From assembly GCA_963786645.1 (NCBI GenBank), contig CAWAZW010000003.1:6410-70409 (forward strand): DNA of 64,000 nt, in the 5' to 3' direction. The DNA is from Blastocatellia bacterium (GTDB lineage: Bacteria > Acidobacteriota > Blastocatellia > Pyrinomonadales > Pyrinomonadaceae). Shown one piece after another: positions 41,003 to 52,597 of the stretch. Numbering within the stretch: position 1 is the first letter of the stretch; each line of letters starts with the position of its first letter. Position numbers and translations under genes: made by a program. Under the pieces are notes generated by a model that saw nothing but the letters and a program-made list of their open reading frames with translations, was not told the origin of the DNA and did not search any database.

Positions 41003-41426
41003 TTTTTCCCCAGTAAGCCCGAATGAGCACGCTCGAGAATTTCAGCTTTAGGAGACGCGTCAACTGAGCACGCGTTATCTAAGCGTGACGGGCTAGTCGA
41101 GAGTTAAAGGGAGACGCGATGAGAGAAGTTTGCGATGAATGAATGGTCCCAACACAATCCACATTCAAGCGCTAGACTTCTGGAATTCAAGTATTGCGAC
41201 AAGCCAGCGTGTGCCGACGAGTGTCGTGTTTCAGCGACCGAAGGTCGCAGATAGCCCGCTCTTCTTGCGAGTCCTTTGACCTCTCCGGATCTCGATCGTC
41301 AACGACGTCCAAGACGGATGCTTCTCAATATTGTGCGGTGTAGCAAAAAACGCGCAAATCGCAAATAGCGGTTGGCCCGAATTATAGGCTCGGTCGGTGC
41401 TTTTCAACAACCCAAAAACGATCTGC

Positions 41427-41444
41427 GATGTAACAGGTTACATC
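41427..41444. promoter_or_regulatory. perfect 8-bp inverted repeat, candidate operator
   Basis: GATGTAAC-AG-GTTACATC, followed by a third GTAAC at 41451-41455. It lies in the 815-bp AT-rich ORF-free region between the regulator and the TBDR. Confidence 0.3.
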
Positions 41445-41817
41445 CGAACTGTAACGCTCGACATTCTCAATAAATATGCGCCTGAACTTGCTATTCCTGG
41501 TATTATCACCGTATCTTACAGGTAGTAACTTCTCCAGATGGCTAATAACACATAGAGTATATTTAAGAACTAGCCTATCCGTTAGCCAAGTAGGACGATA
41601 GAACTCTTAAATTGTTTGTGCGGCTCACCAACAAAGGTAGGGGATGAGAACTGGGGCAGTCCCATGATTCATGCTTCTCACCTTTGATGGAGCGAACCGA
41701 GCAACAAGAAGGCTTACCAAGCTCTGCTACAGTAATCGTTTTGAGCATTCCGTGGGATTGACAGTCTTAATATCCAATCGCTGGGACGAGGTCCGAATGC
41801 GTCAGGAGAAACAAATC

Positions 41818-44800
41818 ATGAAAAAGAAGTTTGGTCTTTGCGTCGTATTAATTCTGCTTGGCATCGGTTTGTCAGGTGGTGTCAATGCGCAGACGAGCAC
41901 GGTAGGGAGCATCAGTGGCACCGTGCGCGACCCGCAGGGTGGCGCCGTTCCAAAGGCTGAGGTCCTTATTACGGAAGAGACGACTGGCCAAACGCGTACG
42001 GTGAGGACCGACGAAGACGGAGCTTACTCGGCTCAGAGTTTACCGGTCGGCCGATATAGCGTGAGCGTAGCCCCGCAGGGTTTTAAGAACACCGTGGCCA
42101 CGGGGATAGAGGTGCACGTAGGTGACAAAGTCGGCGTGGACCTAAACCTTGAAATTGGTCAGGTCAGTGAGACGGTGACCGTCACTGGGTTGGCGCAACT
42201 CGTCGAGACGGAAAGCGGCAGGGTGAGTAGCCTCGTCTCAGAGAAGCAGGTAACAGAACTTCCGTTGAACGGACGCAACTACGCCGCGCTCGTAACACTT
42301 GTTCCTGGTTTGTCGACGCCCAATGAGGGCGGCGCTTTCGGCACGCGCGGCACCGGGCTTGACTCCCACGTCGACGTTTCCGTTAACGGCAACCAGTCGA
42401 ACGCGAACATGTGGACGGTCGATGGCGTCAATAATATGGACGTTGGCTCGAACGCCACTCTGCTGGTCTTCCCTTCAATCGATTCCATCGCGGAGTTCCG
42501 CGTCGAGCGGAATAGCTTCAGCGCGGAGTATGGGCAGGCGCAGGGAGCGGTGATCAACCTCGTCACCAAGGGTGGCAGCAACCAATTCCACGGCACTGTT
42601 TTCGAATTCATGCGTCACAACAAACTGAACGCCAACGATTGGTTCTCCAATCAGGCGGGCATAAAACGGGCGCCGCTGACCTACCACAATTTCGGCGGCA
42701 ACTTTAGCGGGCCCATCATCAAAGATCAGAGTCTTCTTCTTCTGGTCGGAAGAGTGGCGCCGCGAGCGGCGCGGCACCGGTCCGCTTCGCGCCCTGGTTC
42801 CGACAGCACAGGAGAGAGCCGGAAACTTCAGCGGCCCTCTCACTGGCGGCTTGCCGTTTGATCCGTTTACCTGTCCCAGAAATGCGGCTGGGGCAGTCAT
42901 TGCATTTAACGCTACCGTTTGTGCGCCGTTTCCGGGCAACACAATCCCAACAGCGCGCCTGAGCCCAGCCGGTCTCGCGTTGATGGGGATCTTCCCACTT
43001 CCTAACAACGCGGCCGATCCGACGGGGCGTCTGACCGGCGCCAACTGGATATCGACCCCTCTGCAGCCGGTAGACACTCGTCAGGATCTCATCCGCGGCG
43101 ATGTGGCGATAACCGACAGCATGAACCTGATGGTGCGTTACATTAATGAGACCTGGGTTCACGGCGAGGCGGCGGGCAACTTCTGGGGCGATACCCCGTT
43201 CCCGACGCTTTCCTCCGACTGGGAGCAACCCAGCCGGAGCTTCGCAGTCAAGCTAACGAACACGCTAAGTTCCACGGCGGTTAACGAGTTTCAGTTCTCG
43301 CGTGCCGGCAACGACATCTTTGTCACAACGAGTGAAGCGGGTCAGGCGACTCAACTCCGCGGTTGCAGCCGCCTTCCCGACCGTCTTCCCGCGCGTGGAA
43401 GGCACAGGAGTTCCGACTGTCGGCTGGGGAGCTGGCGGTTATGGAAATCTGTGGCACCAGGCGCCGTGGAACAATCACCAGGATCTTTTCATCTGGAAGG
43501 ATGACTTCTCGAAGGTGATCGGATCCCACGCTGCCAAATTCGGTGTGCTTTTCAGCCACAACATCAAAGACGAGCAACCGAGCGGCGGCAGCGGCGTCTA
43601 CACGATTCAGACGGACGGCAGTCGCACCGGGAGCTTGATTACCGATCTGTTGCTTAGAGATCTGGTAATCCTGCAGTACACCGAATTGCAGCGTCAGGAC
43701 ACGACCTTTGGTCGGTGGCACGACTTTGAACTCTATGCGAACGATACGTGGAAGGTTACGTCCAAACCTGACGCTCACGTTGGGCCTGCGGTACTCGTAT
43801 TATCCGCCCGCCTACGCCGATGACGACCGCCTCACTAACTGGATTCCGGAACGCTTTAACGGCGTCGATATCGACAGCGGCTATGTCCGGGCCGATCAGG
43901 CCGAAGCGGCGGGATTGCCTCGCGCTCTGGTGAACCCATACAAGTGGGGCTTCCAACCGCGCGTGGGTCTGGCATGGGACATTTCCGGTAACGGCAAGAC
44001 CGCTTTGCGGATTGGGGCCGGACGCTACATGAGCCGTTCGAATGTGATCGCTTCCGTGCTCAGGATGGCGCTTAATCCGCCCTGGACCACACAGGTCGAT
44101 ACGGGTTGGAACTCAGGCGCTGTGAGTCTGGCTGACTGCCCGACCTGTCGCACCTTGGATAACGCCAACGCTGCCGTGCTGGCAGCTCGAGCGGCGAATG
44201 TGGGAGGCCTCAATTCGGTTGATACTAACTTCCGCCCGCCTGAGAGTTGGCAGTGGAACGTGACCGTCTCGCACGAGGTGATGAAGAACACCGTGGCGGA
44301 AGTCTCTTATGTCGGGAACCACGGCCTGCACATCTGGCGCCTTATCAACGGTGGCTACAACGCTGTGAAGCCGCAGTATCCGCGCTGCAGTAGCCGCAGG
44401 GGCGGACGCGAACACCCCGGGGTTCCGCCGGTTCGGTTTCTCCAACGGCGTGACGAGGGATGAGTCCACAGGTGATTCCAATTATCACGCATTGCAAGTC
44501 TGGGTCGATCGCCGGTTTACTGACAGGTTCGCTTTCCAGACCGCTTACACCTTGTCGCGTACCATCAGCAACGTCCCAACCCAGTCGTACATCAGCGCGA
44601 CGACTGACGTGTTCAACTACGACCTCGACAAGGGCTACGCCGATCTTGACCGCCGGCACGCCCTCGTCTTCAACGCGGTTTACTCCCTGCCTACCTTCAA
44701 GGAACGGGGCGCCTTGTTCAGCAACATTCTGGGTGACTGGCAGTTCAACACCATTGCCTCTTTCTATAGTGGCACGCCTCTGAACATCATTCTGGGCACA

Positions 44801-45205
44801 GACAGGGCCGGTCTCGGCGGCTCGACCACCCAGCGTCCCGATCTCGTTCCGGGCGTTCCCATTTACCTCGACAACCCGAGTGATCGCTCCTTGCTTATCA
44901 ACAGGGCGGCGTTCGCGAACCCGCTTTGGGTACTTTCGGCAACCTTAAACGTGGTGACGTCCGAGGGCCCGGCATCAAGAACATAGATTTCTCCCTGGCC
45001 AAGAACTGGAGGATGCGCTGAGCGCTATGGTCTACAGTTCCGTGCTGAGATGTTCAACGTCTTCAACATGGTGAACTTCAGAGCACATAATGCCAGCGTC
45101 GCCGGCGGCGGCATTGAGAACAATCTGGCCAACGGCGGTTTTGGTAGAGCTGGCTCAACCCGCGGGCCGCGTGAAATTCAGTTCGGTCTGAAATTCACTT
45201 TCTGA
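41818..45205 (+). CDS. TonB-dependent receptor with carboxypeptidase-regulatory-like N-domain (about 7 frameshifts)
   Basis: Fragments 41671-42861, 42851-43504, 43302-43823, 43708-44463 and 44450-44986, plus unlisted tail pieces ending ...REIQFGLKFTF at TGA 45203-45205. The start is ATG 41818, with AGGAGA 9 nt upstream. Motifs are GSISGTVRDPQGGAVPKAEVLITEETT and the plug LPLNGRNYAALVTLVPGL. Confidence 0.85.
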
Positions 45206-45232
45206 TATAGTTCGCCCAGCCAAATCGGAACG

Positions 45233-45260
45233 GAGGGTTGAGTTAATCACTCAGCCCTCC
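45233..45260 (+). terminator. hairpin after TBDR (terminator or attenuator)
   Basis: ggagggttgag (45233-45243) pairs with ctcagccctcc (45250-45260), 10 of 11 positions. It is followed by gttcacgtttt. Confidence 0.45.
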
Positions 45261-45301
45261 GTTCACGTTTTACCGAATCCACTTACGTCGTAGCGTTAGC
45301 A

Positions 45302-47517
45302 ATGTATTTCCCCTCGATTTTCGTCCCGCTGCTGCTCCTGATTACCCCCTTTCAAACTCCAGGCGATTCATTTCGGAAGCAGTACGAAGTGGCGGAGGCG
45401 CACCGGCGCGCCGGCAATCTTGCGGCCGCGGAGGCTGAGTACATCGCCATACTGAATGCGGCATATCCGGCGCTCGGGAAAATCTACACGGCCCAGTCCA
45501 ACTACCCCGGGGCTGTCGCTGTACTTGAGGCTGCTGCCGCGCACGGGACCGACTCGCCGCAGACGCTCGTCGAGTTGGCCATCGCATATTTCCATGCCGG
45601 GCAGTATGAGAAGGCCGCAGAGCCTTTGCGTCGTGCGCTCGCACGCGATCCACGTAGTGCGCCCGCGCACCACATGATGGGCAAGACCCACTTCATGATG
45701 GGTGCGTACGAGCAGGCCGCGCGCGAACTGGAAGCGGCCCTCGCGTTGACGCCGAACGATCATGACGTGGCTTATACACTGGGCCTGGCTTATCTCAAGC
45801 AGCGGAAAGTCGCCGACGCTCGGCGCATTTATGAAGGCATGGTCACGCAACTTGGCGACGGACCGCACCTTCGCGTGCTCATCGGTCGCGCGTATCGTGA
45901 AACAGGTTTTCTGTCGGAGGCTATCGAGGAGTTTAAGAAGGCAGCTGCTCTCGATCCGCGCTTTCCGCGCGTCCACTATTATCTGGGCCACACATACCTG
46001 CTTAAGGACGGAGCGGCACGGCTCGGCGACGCGATGAAGGAGTTGCAGTTGGAGTTGGCCGCTCACCCAGACGAATTCTTGGCCAACTATTATCTGGGTG
46101 TGATCCACATGACCGAAGGTAGGTGGCTGCCGGCAGTGCCGCTCATGGAGAAGGCCTCCCGACTTCAACCGAACAACCCCGACCCATACTTCTTCCTCGG
46201 TCAGGCTTACCAGAGTTTGCAAAAGTACGAGCAGGCAATTGAGGCGCTCAGGAAGGCCATCGATTTGAATCCTCGTCTTGATCACAATGACTATCAGGTG
46301 ACGAACGCGCATTACCGGCTTGGGCAGTCGCTGATTAAGGTGGGTCAAACGAAGGAGGGCGAGCGTGAGCTCCAGATCGCCTCCGACCTCAAATCAAAAG
46401 CCTTCAAGACGGATGCGGCCAAACTGGACGCCTACCTCCGAACCCCCGACAAGGACGAGCAGAACAAACTTCCGGACAACGTCTCGTCGCAGGGCGTCAT
46501 CACCGCCTCCAGTGCGATGGATGCGCGGACGGGAGAGGCGTTGAAAGCGGACGCGGCCTTTTACGAGAAAGTGATTGCGGCTGCTCACAACAACATCGGC
46601 CTCCTGCGAGCGGAGCGACAGGACTTTAGCGCCGCCGCCGCGCACTTCAGCTCCGCCGCGAAATGGAACCCCCTTCACGAGGGGCTCGATTACAATTTGG
46701 GTCTGGCCCTTTTCAAGTCTGAGTCCTTCAAAGAGGCAGTTGCGCCGCTGGAGAGAGAGTTGAAGGCGCGCCCAACCAATCTACAAGTTAAGCAGTTGTT
46801 GGGTCTGAGTTTTTTCATGATAGAGGAGTACCCCAAAGCCTCCGTGCTGTTGACCGAAGTCGTGGCTGCCAAGCCAAATGATGTGACCCTCTACTACCCG
46901 CTGGCGCTTTCACTTTCCAAGGAGGGTAAGACAGAGGCGGCTGATCGCGTCACACGGCAGATGGTAGCTTTGGGCGGCGACAGTCCACAGGTTCATATCC
47001 TGCTCGGCATGGCCCATTATGAACAGAACGAAACCGCCAAGGCACTAGGATGAACTGCGTACAGCAATCTCACTCGATCCCAAAGTGCGCCTCGCACACT
47101 TCTATGCCGGAATGATCTACGTGAGGACGGGTAAACTCGACGAGGCGGCTCGTGAGTTTGAAGCAGAGTTGGCACTGAACCCCCGCGACGTTCAGGCAAG
47201 GTATCATCTCGGTTACGTTGCGCTCGCGCGCCAGGATACAGATCGGGGCATTAAATTAATGCAAGAGGTCATCACGTGAACGCCCCGACTTCGCCAATGC
47301 GCGCTTCGAGCTGGGTAACGCTCTACTTAAGCGAGGGGATGTTCGCGGTGCGGTCGAGAACCTTGAGGCTGCCGTGAAACTTGCTCCCGGGGAGACCCAC
47401 ATTCATTATCAACTCGGCCGCGCCTACATCGCTGCGGGTCGTCAGGCGGACGGCGAGGGTCAACTCGAAATCGCCCGGCAGTTAAAAGAGAAAGCTCTGC
47501 GCCAGGCGAATCAATGA
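45302..47517 (+). CDS. secreted TPR repeat protein (2 frameshifts near the 3' end)
   Basis: ORF 45302-47053, ORF 47085-47279 and an unlisted tail ending ...[17 protein letters not shown] at TGA 47515-47517. TPR units run throughout, and the N-terminus is hydrophobic. Confidence 0.75.
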
Positions 47518-47524
47518 AGAAATT

Positions 47525-49303
47525 TTGATCTCTGATTGTCGATTATTTATTGTGATACAAAAGCGACTACCTGCACTTCTAAGAAGAAATCAAAAATCAA
47601 AAATCAAAAGATTGTTCCTGATTGCGTTACTGGTTTTGCCACTTTCAGTCCCTTCGGATGCGCTCGGCAATCAATCCACCGGCGTCCGCTTCACCGATGT
47701 TACGGAGCGAGCGGGCATCACCTTCAGGCACGTCTCTACGCCCGAGAAGAGGTACATCGTCGAGTCGATGAGCGGCGGGGTGGCGCTCATCGACTATGAC
47801 AACGACGGTCTGCCGGACATCTACTTCGTCAACTCTTTGACCGTCGATCTGGTTAAGTCGAAGGGGAAAACGAAAAGCGCGCTATATCGCAACCGGGGCG
47901 ATGGCACTTTCAGTGACGTGACGGACAAGGCGGGAGTGGGCGACATAGGCTGGGGCATGGGGGTGGCCGTAGGTGACTACAACAACGACGGCTTCCAGGA
48001 CATTTACGTCACGTGCGTTGGGCCAAACCACCTCCTCAAGAATAACGGCGACGGCACCTTCGCGGACGTGACGGAGAAGGCTGGAGTGGGAGATCCGCGC
48101 TGGTCCACCGGAGCATCGTTCGTAGATTACGACGCGGACGGATACCTCGACCTCTTCGTCTCCAACTACGTGGCCTTCGACTTCAACAACCTACCCGAGT
48201 TCGGCAAGGACAAGACCTGCCAGTTCAAGGGTGTGGCCGTCCAGTGCGGACCCAGGGGAATGCCCGGCGACGGCGACTCGCTTTACCACAACAATGGCGA
48301 CGGGACCTTCACCGATGTCACGCAGAAAGCCGGGGTCTCAGATCCGAACGGTTATTACGGGATGGGTGTCATCAGTAGTGACTTCGACGAGGATGGCCTC
48401 ATCGACATTTTTGTCGCCAACGACTCAACGCCGAACTTTCTATATAGGAACAACGGAGACGGCACATTCAAGGAGATTGCTTTTCTCTCCGGCACCGCGC
48501 TCAACGAGAACGGCGCGGCGCAAGGTTGCATGGGAGTGACGGTAGGTGACTACAATCACGACGGGAGGTTGGATCTCTTCATCACCAACTTCGACGACGA
48601 TTACAACGTCCTCTATCGCAACGACGGTCGCAACTCCTTTTCCGACGTCTCCTACGCGGCCAAAGTCGCCGCTGTGAGTTTCCCTTATGTCGGATGGGGC
48701 ACCAAGTTTTTCGACTACGACAGCGACGGGTGGGTCGACCTGTTCGTGGCCAATGGCCATGTCTACCCGCAGATAAAAAACTTTCACCAGCGCAACTTCG
48801 TCCACCGAAATAACCGAGATGGGACGTTTACTGAGTTGGCTGAGCAACTCGGCGCGCCGTTCGCGGACAAGCGAGCGGGGCGCGGGGCAGCCTTCGGCGA
48901 CATTGATAACGACGGTGATATTGACATCGTCCTAAATAACCTCGATGGTTCGGCCCAACTCCTGCGCAACGATGGCGGCAACGCCAATAATTCCGTGCTC
49001 ATCAAGACAGTCGGCGTAAAGAGTAACCGGGATGGTGTCGGGGCGCGGGTGAAGGTGGTCTCCGGCGATCTCGTGCAGAAGGACGAAGTCCGAAGCGGCG
49101 ACAGCTATATTTCGCAGAGTGATCTGAGACTACATTTCGGCCTTGAGCGGCGCAAAAAGATCGATCTCATTGAGATTCGGTGGCCCAGCGGCGCAGTTGA
49201 TAAAGTGACCAACGTGAAGGTGAACAGCATGATTACGGTTAAGGAAGGTAAGGGCCTGGTCGAGCAGAAAGAAATCAAATCCAGGGCCATCCCCCGAAAG
49301 TAA
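47525..49303 (+). CDS. CRTAC1-family protein: seven FG-GAP/VCBS repeats plus C-terminal ASPIC/UnbV domain
   Basis: Intact ORF. Seven Ca-binding-like loops: [54 protein letters not shown] and DIDNDGDID. The UnbV_ASPIC tail reads [11 protein letters not shown]...[15 protein letters not shown]...IEIRWPSG. The start codon is uncertain (TTG 47525, or GTG about 47551). Confidence 0.85.
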   Translation: MISDCRLFIVIQKRLPALLRRNQKSKIKRLFLIALLVLPLSVPSDALGNQSTGVRFTDVTERAGITFRHVSTPEKRYIVESMSGGVALIDYDNDGLPDIYFVNSLTVDLVKSKGKTKSALYRNRGDGTFSDVTDKAGVGDIGWGMGVAVGDYNNDGFQDIYVTCVGPNHLLKNNGDGTFADVTEKAGVGDPRWSTGASFVDYDADGYLDLFVSNYVAFDFNNLPEFGKDKTCQFKGVAVQCGPRGMPGDGDSLYHNNGDGTFTDVTQKAGVSDPNGYYGMGVISSDFDEDGLIDIFVANDSTPNFLYRNNGDGTFKEIAFLSGTALNENGAAQGCMGVTVGDYNHDGRLDLFITNFDDDYNVLYRNDGRNSFSDVSYAAKVAAVSFPYVGWGTKFFDYDSDGWVDLFVANGHVYPQIKNFHQRNFVHRNNRDGTFTELAEQLGAPFADKRAGRGAAFGDIDNDGDIDIVLNNLDGSAQLLRNDGGNANNSVLIKTVGVKSNRDGVGARVKVVSGDLVQKDEVRSGDSYISQSDLRLHFGLERRKKIDLIEIRWPSGAVDKVTNVKVNSMITVKEGKGLVEQKEIKSRAIPRK

Positions 49304-49314
49304 TTTGAACGATA

Positions 49315-49351
49315 GCGGCTCTGCCGCGCCCACGTGCGGCGGCAAAGCCGC
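49315..49351. repeat. REP-like hairpin (GCGGC-N3-GCCGC family, compact copy)
   Basis: gcggctctgccgc (49315-49327), an 11-nt spacer, then gcggcaaagccgc (49339-49351). Each arm is itself a triloop hairpin, and the two arms are complementary at 12 of 13 positions. Confidence 0.5.
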
Positions 49352-49377
49352 AGTTTCGAAACGCTCTTGTCAATAAC

Positions 49378-50758
49378 ATGCGTAACGCGCCACTCTATTT
49401 TAGTGTTCGCCAGCCAGTGATTGTGATCACGGTCCTCTACGCGCTTCTCGCACCGGCGGTCGTCGCGACGCAGGTGAAAACCAGCGCCGAACGGTTGGAG
49501 CGAGTGGCGGCTCTCATCAGTAGCAACCAACTTGTAGAAGCCGAGCAGCAATTAAACCAAATCCTAAGAGTCGCGCCGAATGAAGCGACGGCGCTCAACT
49601 TTTTCGGAACGATACGCGCTAAGCAAGGACGACTGAGGGAGGCAGAAGGTTTTTTCTTACGCGCCATCCGCGCCGACAATAGTCTGCTCGGGGCGCGTAT
49701 GAATCTGGCCTATCTTTATCTGCTCAAGGGCGAGCCGGATAAGAGTGCGGCGGAGCTGAAGAAGGTTCTAGGTCTTGATCCGGCCAACGCTGATGCTGCC
49801 TACAGACTCGCTTGGGTGTTGTTTTCCCAGGGGCGATTCGATGAATGCATTGCCGTTGTTGACAAGTTTAAGCAATCGCAGACGCTTTCAGCTCCGATGC
49901 TGGCAGTGCTCGGTGATGCGTACCTGAGGAAAGGTGACGCGATAAAGGCGGAGGAGAGCTATCTTCTGGCGCTCGATCTGCAGAGCACCAACGCTGACGC
50001 GCTGCTCGGCCTGGCCCAGTTATGGCAGACAAAAGGCGACACAACAAGGGCGGTCGAATATGTCGAACGCGCAAGTAGTCTGACAAACTCGCCTGAACTC
50101 CTCTACAAGCTTGCCCGGGTTTCCCTAAACCTGAACTTGAAGGACAAAGGCGTGGTTGCGCTGAAGCGAGCCGTTCTACTCAGACCCGATGAACCGTCAT
50201 ACCACTTTGCCCTGGGCACCGCGTGGCTCAAGCAACCACCCGACCTTCAGGGGGCCGAACAATCCTTCAGGCAATTCTTAAAACTCAAACCCGACGACGC
50301 GCAGGGCCTGGTGCACCTCGGCTACGTGCTGCTCAAACAGAAGAAGACAGGCTGAATCACGGGAGTGGCTCTTGAAGAGTATTCGGAACGGCGTGGGCAC
50401 GCCCGAAGCTTTCTATTACCTGGGACTGATCGCTCAAGCTCAGAACGAGGATGCGCAAGCGATACAACTGTTTCGGAAGTCCGTTCAACTAGCGCCTTCG
50501 TTTGCCAGCGCTCACGTGGCGCTGGGTTCAATCTACCTGAAGCTGAAAGATTACTCGGGCGCGCAGCACGCGCTTGAGACCGCCGTGAAGCTGAATCCCG
50601 GCGATTCAAAGGCGCACTACAATCTCGCCATGCTTTACTCCCGACTTAAAAATCCGGAGAAGGCACAGGAAGAGATGCGCATAGTCGCAACGCTAGAGAG
50701 CCAGGGAAAGGGACGACAGGATGAGAGCGACTCGCTCGCGCCACCACCCCCGCGTTAG
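49378..50758 (+). CDS. secreted TPR repeat protein (1 frameshift near 50355)
   Basis: Fragments 49378-50355 and 50372-50758 are both TPR. The N-terminal signal is [19 protein letters not shown]. Confidence 0.75.
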
Positions 50759-50772
50759 GCCCGCCTACTACT

Positions 50773-52587
50773 TTGCGGCGCCTGGTTTTATCACTCGTTA
50801 TGAAGAAGATCCCCCGGAGCCACACCGAAATCACCGCAGAGCAACAAGTTGTCTTGCGCGTTTTCCGTGATTTCGTGGATCCTTTCTCTTTTTCTCATAT
50901 CGGATATGTGATTCTCACAGCAATGTTCGTTATCACTCTGGTTCTTAACGCGCCGTTTGACTCCCACGCGCAACGGGCGAACGATAGAGTTAAACCAGTC
51001 ATAACTTTCGCAGAGGTCTCGGCTAAGGAGAGCGGGATCGGTTGGGTTCATACTAACGCGCACTCGCCCGAACGCTTCCTGCCAGAGACGGTCGGTGCGG
51101 GGTGCGCTTTCCTGGATTACGACAACGACGGGTGGATGGATATCTACCTGGTCAACAGCGGCCCTGCGGATTTCTACACGCCCACCAGTCCGCTCAAGAA
51201 TGCGCTGTTTCGGAACAACCGCGACGGCACTTTCACTGATGTTACGGATAAAGCCGGCGTGGCCGGCGGCAGGTTCGGGATGGGCGTGGCCGCGAGCGAT
51301 TACGACGGCGATGGTTGGCAGGACCTTTTCGTCACCAACTATGGACCAGACATCCTTTATCGGAACAATGGCAACGGGACTTTTACCGACGTCACAGAGA
51401 AGGCAGGTGTCGCCGTCGCGGGTTGGTCCACCTGCGCCGTTTGGTTCGACTATGACTCGGATGGCAAGCTCGATCTATTCGTGTCAAGCTTCATTCAGTT
51501 TGATAGATCGCAACACCGCCTGTGTGTTGATAAGACCGCGACGCAAAACTACTACTGCATTCCGCGTATCTTCAAGCCGCGTCCAAGTCATCTCTTCCGC
51601 AATAACGGCAACGGCACGTTCACTGACGTGAGCCGAGAATCCGGTATCGCCGGCTCGCCCGGAAAGTCGTTTGGCGCGGTTGCGACTGACGTCAACAATG
51701 ATGGCATGATGGACCTTTTCGTCGCTAACGACACGATGCCTAACTTTTTATTCATCAACAAAGGCAAAGGCAAGTTCGAAGAGTCGGGGCTTGGCGCTGG
51801 CGTGGCTTACGGCGAGGCCGGGACGCCGCGGTCGGGAATGGGCGTGGACGCGGAAGACTACGATGGCGATGGGTGGCAGGACCTGTTCGTCGCGAACATC
51901 GATCAGGAATTCTTCAGCCTCTATCACAACCAGAAGGACCTGACCTTTACGGATGAGCCGGGCGAAATCGCGCCGAGCACACAATTGCTGAGTGGCTGGG
52001 GGCTGAAGTTTTTTGATTACGACAACGACGGCGACCCCGATCTATTACTCGCTAACGGCCACCCGGACGATATGGTCGAGACCAAGTCAGCTCGTGTGAA
52101 GTACAAAGAGCCACTTCTGATGTTCGAAAATACAGGCAAGCGATATCGAGACGTGAGTGCGCTTTCAGGTGCGGTGTTCGCTAAGAGCTTTCCGGCGCGT
52201 GGCATGGCGGTCGGAGACTTCGACAACGACGGAGATGTGGATGTGCTCGTTTCAAACAATGGCGAGGCGCCATTGCTGTTGCGCAACGAGGGCGGAAATC
52301 GCAACAACTGGCTCGGCCTCCAACTCGTCTCAACGAAAAGCAACTCGTCGGCTGTTGGCGCTGTTATTACCTGGCAGGCGGGTGGGGTTAGACGTAGTCG
52401 CCTTAAGACAAGTGGTGGGAGCTATCTCGCCTCACACGATCCGCGCGAAGTGCTTGGCCTGAGATCCTCACCCATCGTTGAGAGTGTCGAGATTCGCTGG
52501 CCGAGCGGTGTAGTTGATAAGCTCGCGCGCCTTCCAGTGAACACCTACCTCAAAGTGGTCGAGGGACGCGGCGTTGTTAAGAATTAG
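50773..52587 (+). CDS. CRTAC1-family protein (seven FG-GAP repeats + ASPIC/UnbV), paralog of 47525-49303
   Basis: Intact ORF. The loops are [54 protein letters not shown] and DFDNDGDVD. The C-terminus reads [10 protein letters not shown]...[10 protein letters not shown]...VEIRWPSG. An alternative start is ATG 50800. Confidence 0.85.
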   Translation: MRRLVLSLVMKKIPRSHTEITAEQQVVLRVFRDFVDPFSFSHIGYVILTAMFVITLVLNAPFDSHAQRANDRVKPVITFAEVSAKESGIGWVHTNAHSPERFLPETVGAGCAFLDYDNDGWMDIYLVNSGPADFYTPTSPLKNALFRNNRDGTFTDVTDKAGVAGGRFGMGVAASDYDGDGWQDLFVTNYGPDILYRNNGNGTFTDVTEKAGVAVAGWSTCAVWFDYDSDGKLDLFVSSFIQFDRSQHRLCVDKTATQNYYCIPRIFKPRPSHLFRNNGNGTFTDVSRESGIAGSPGKSFGAVATDVNNDGMMDLFVANDTMPNFLFINKGKGKFEESGLGAGVAYGEAGTPRSGMGVDAEDYDGDGWQDLFVANIDQEFFSLYHNQKDLTFTDEPGEIAPSTQLLSGWGLKFFDYDNDGDPDLLLANGHPDDMVETKSARVKYKEPLLMFENTGKRYRDVSALSGAVFAKSFPARGMAVGDFDNDGDVDVLVSNNGEAPLLLRNEGGNRNNWLGLQLVSTKSNSSAVGAVITWQAGGVRRSRLKTSGGSYLASHDPREVLGLRSSPIVESVEIRWPSGVVDKLARLPVNTYLKVVEGRGVVKN

Positions 52588-52597
52588 CCAGTTCGCG

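Noticed and set aside
45368-46348. 326-aa ORF antisense to the TPR gene, the longest shadow ORF in the window.
   Set aside because: It lies entirely inside a well-supported TPR coding region on the other strand. Its composition is Arg/Leu/His-rich and low-complexity, with no recognisable domain. This is typical of antisense open frames in GC-rich repeats.
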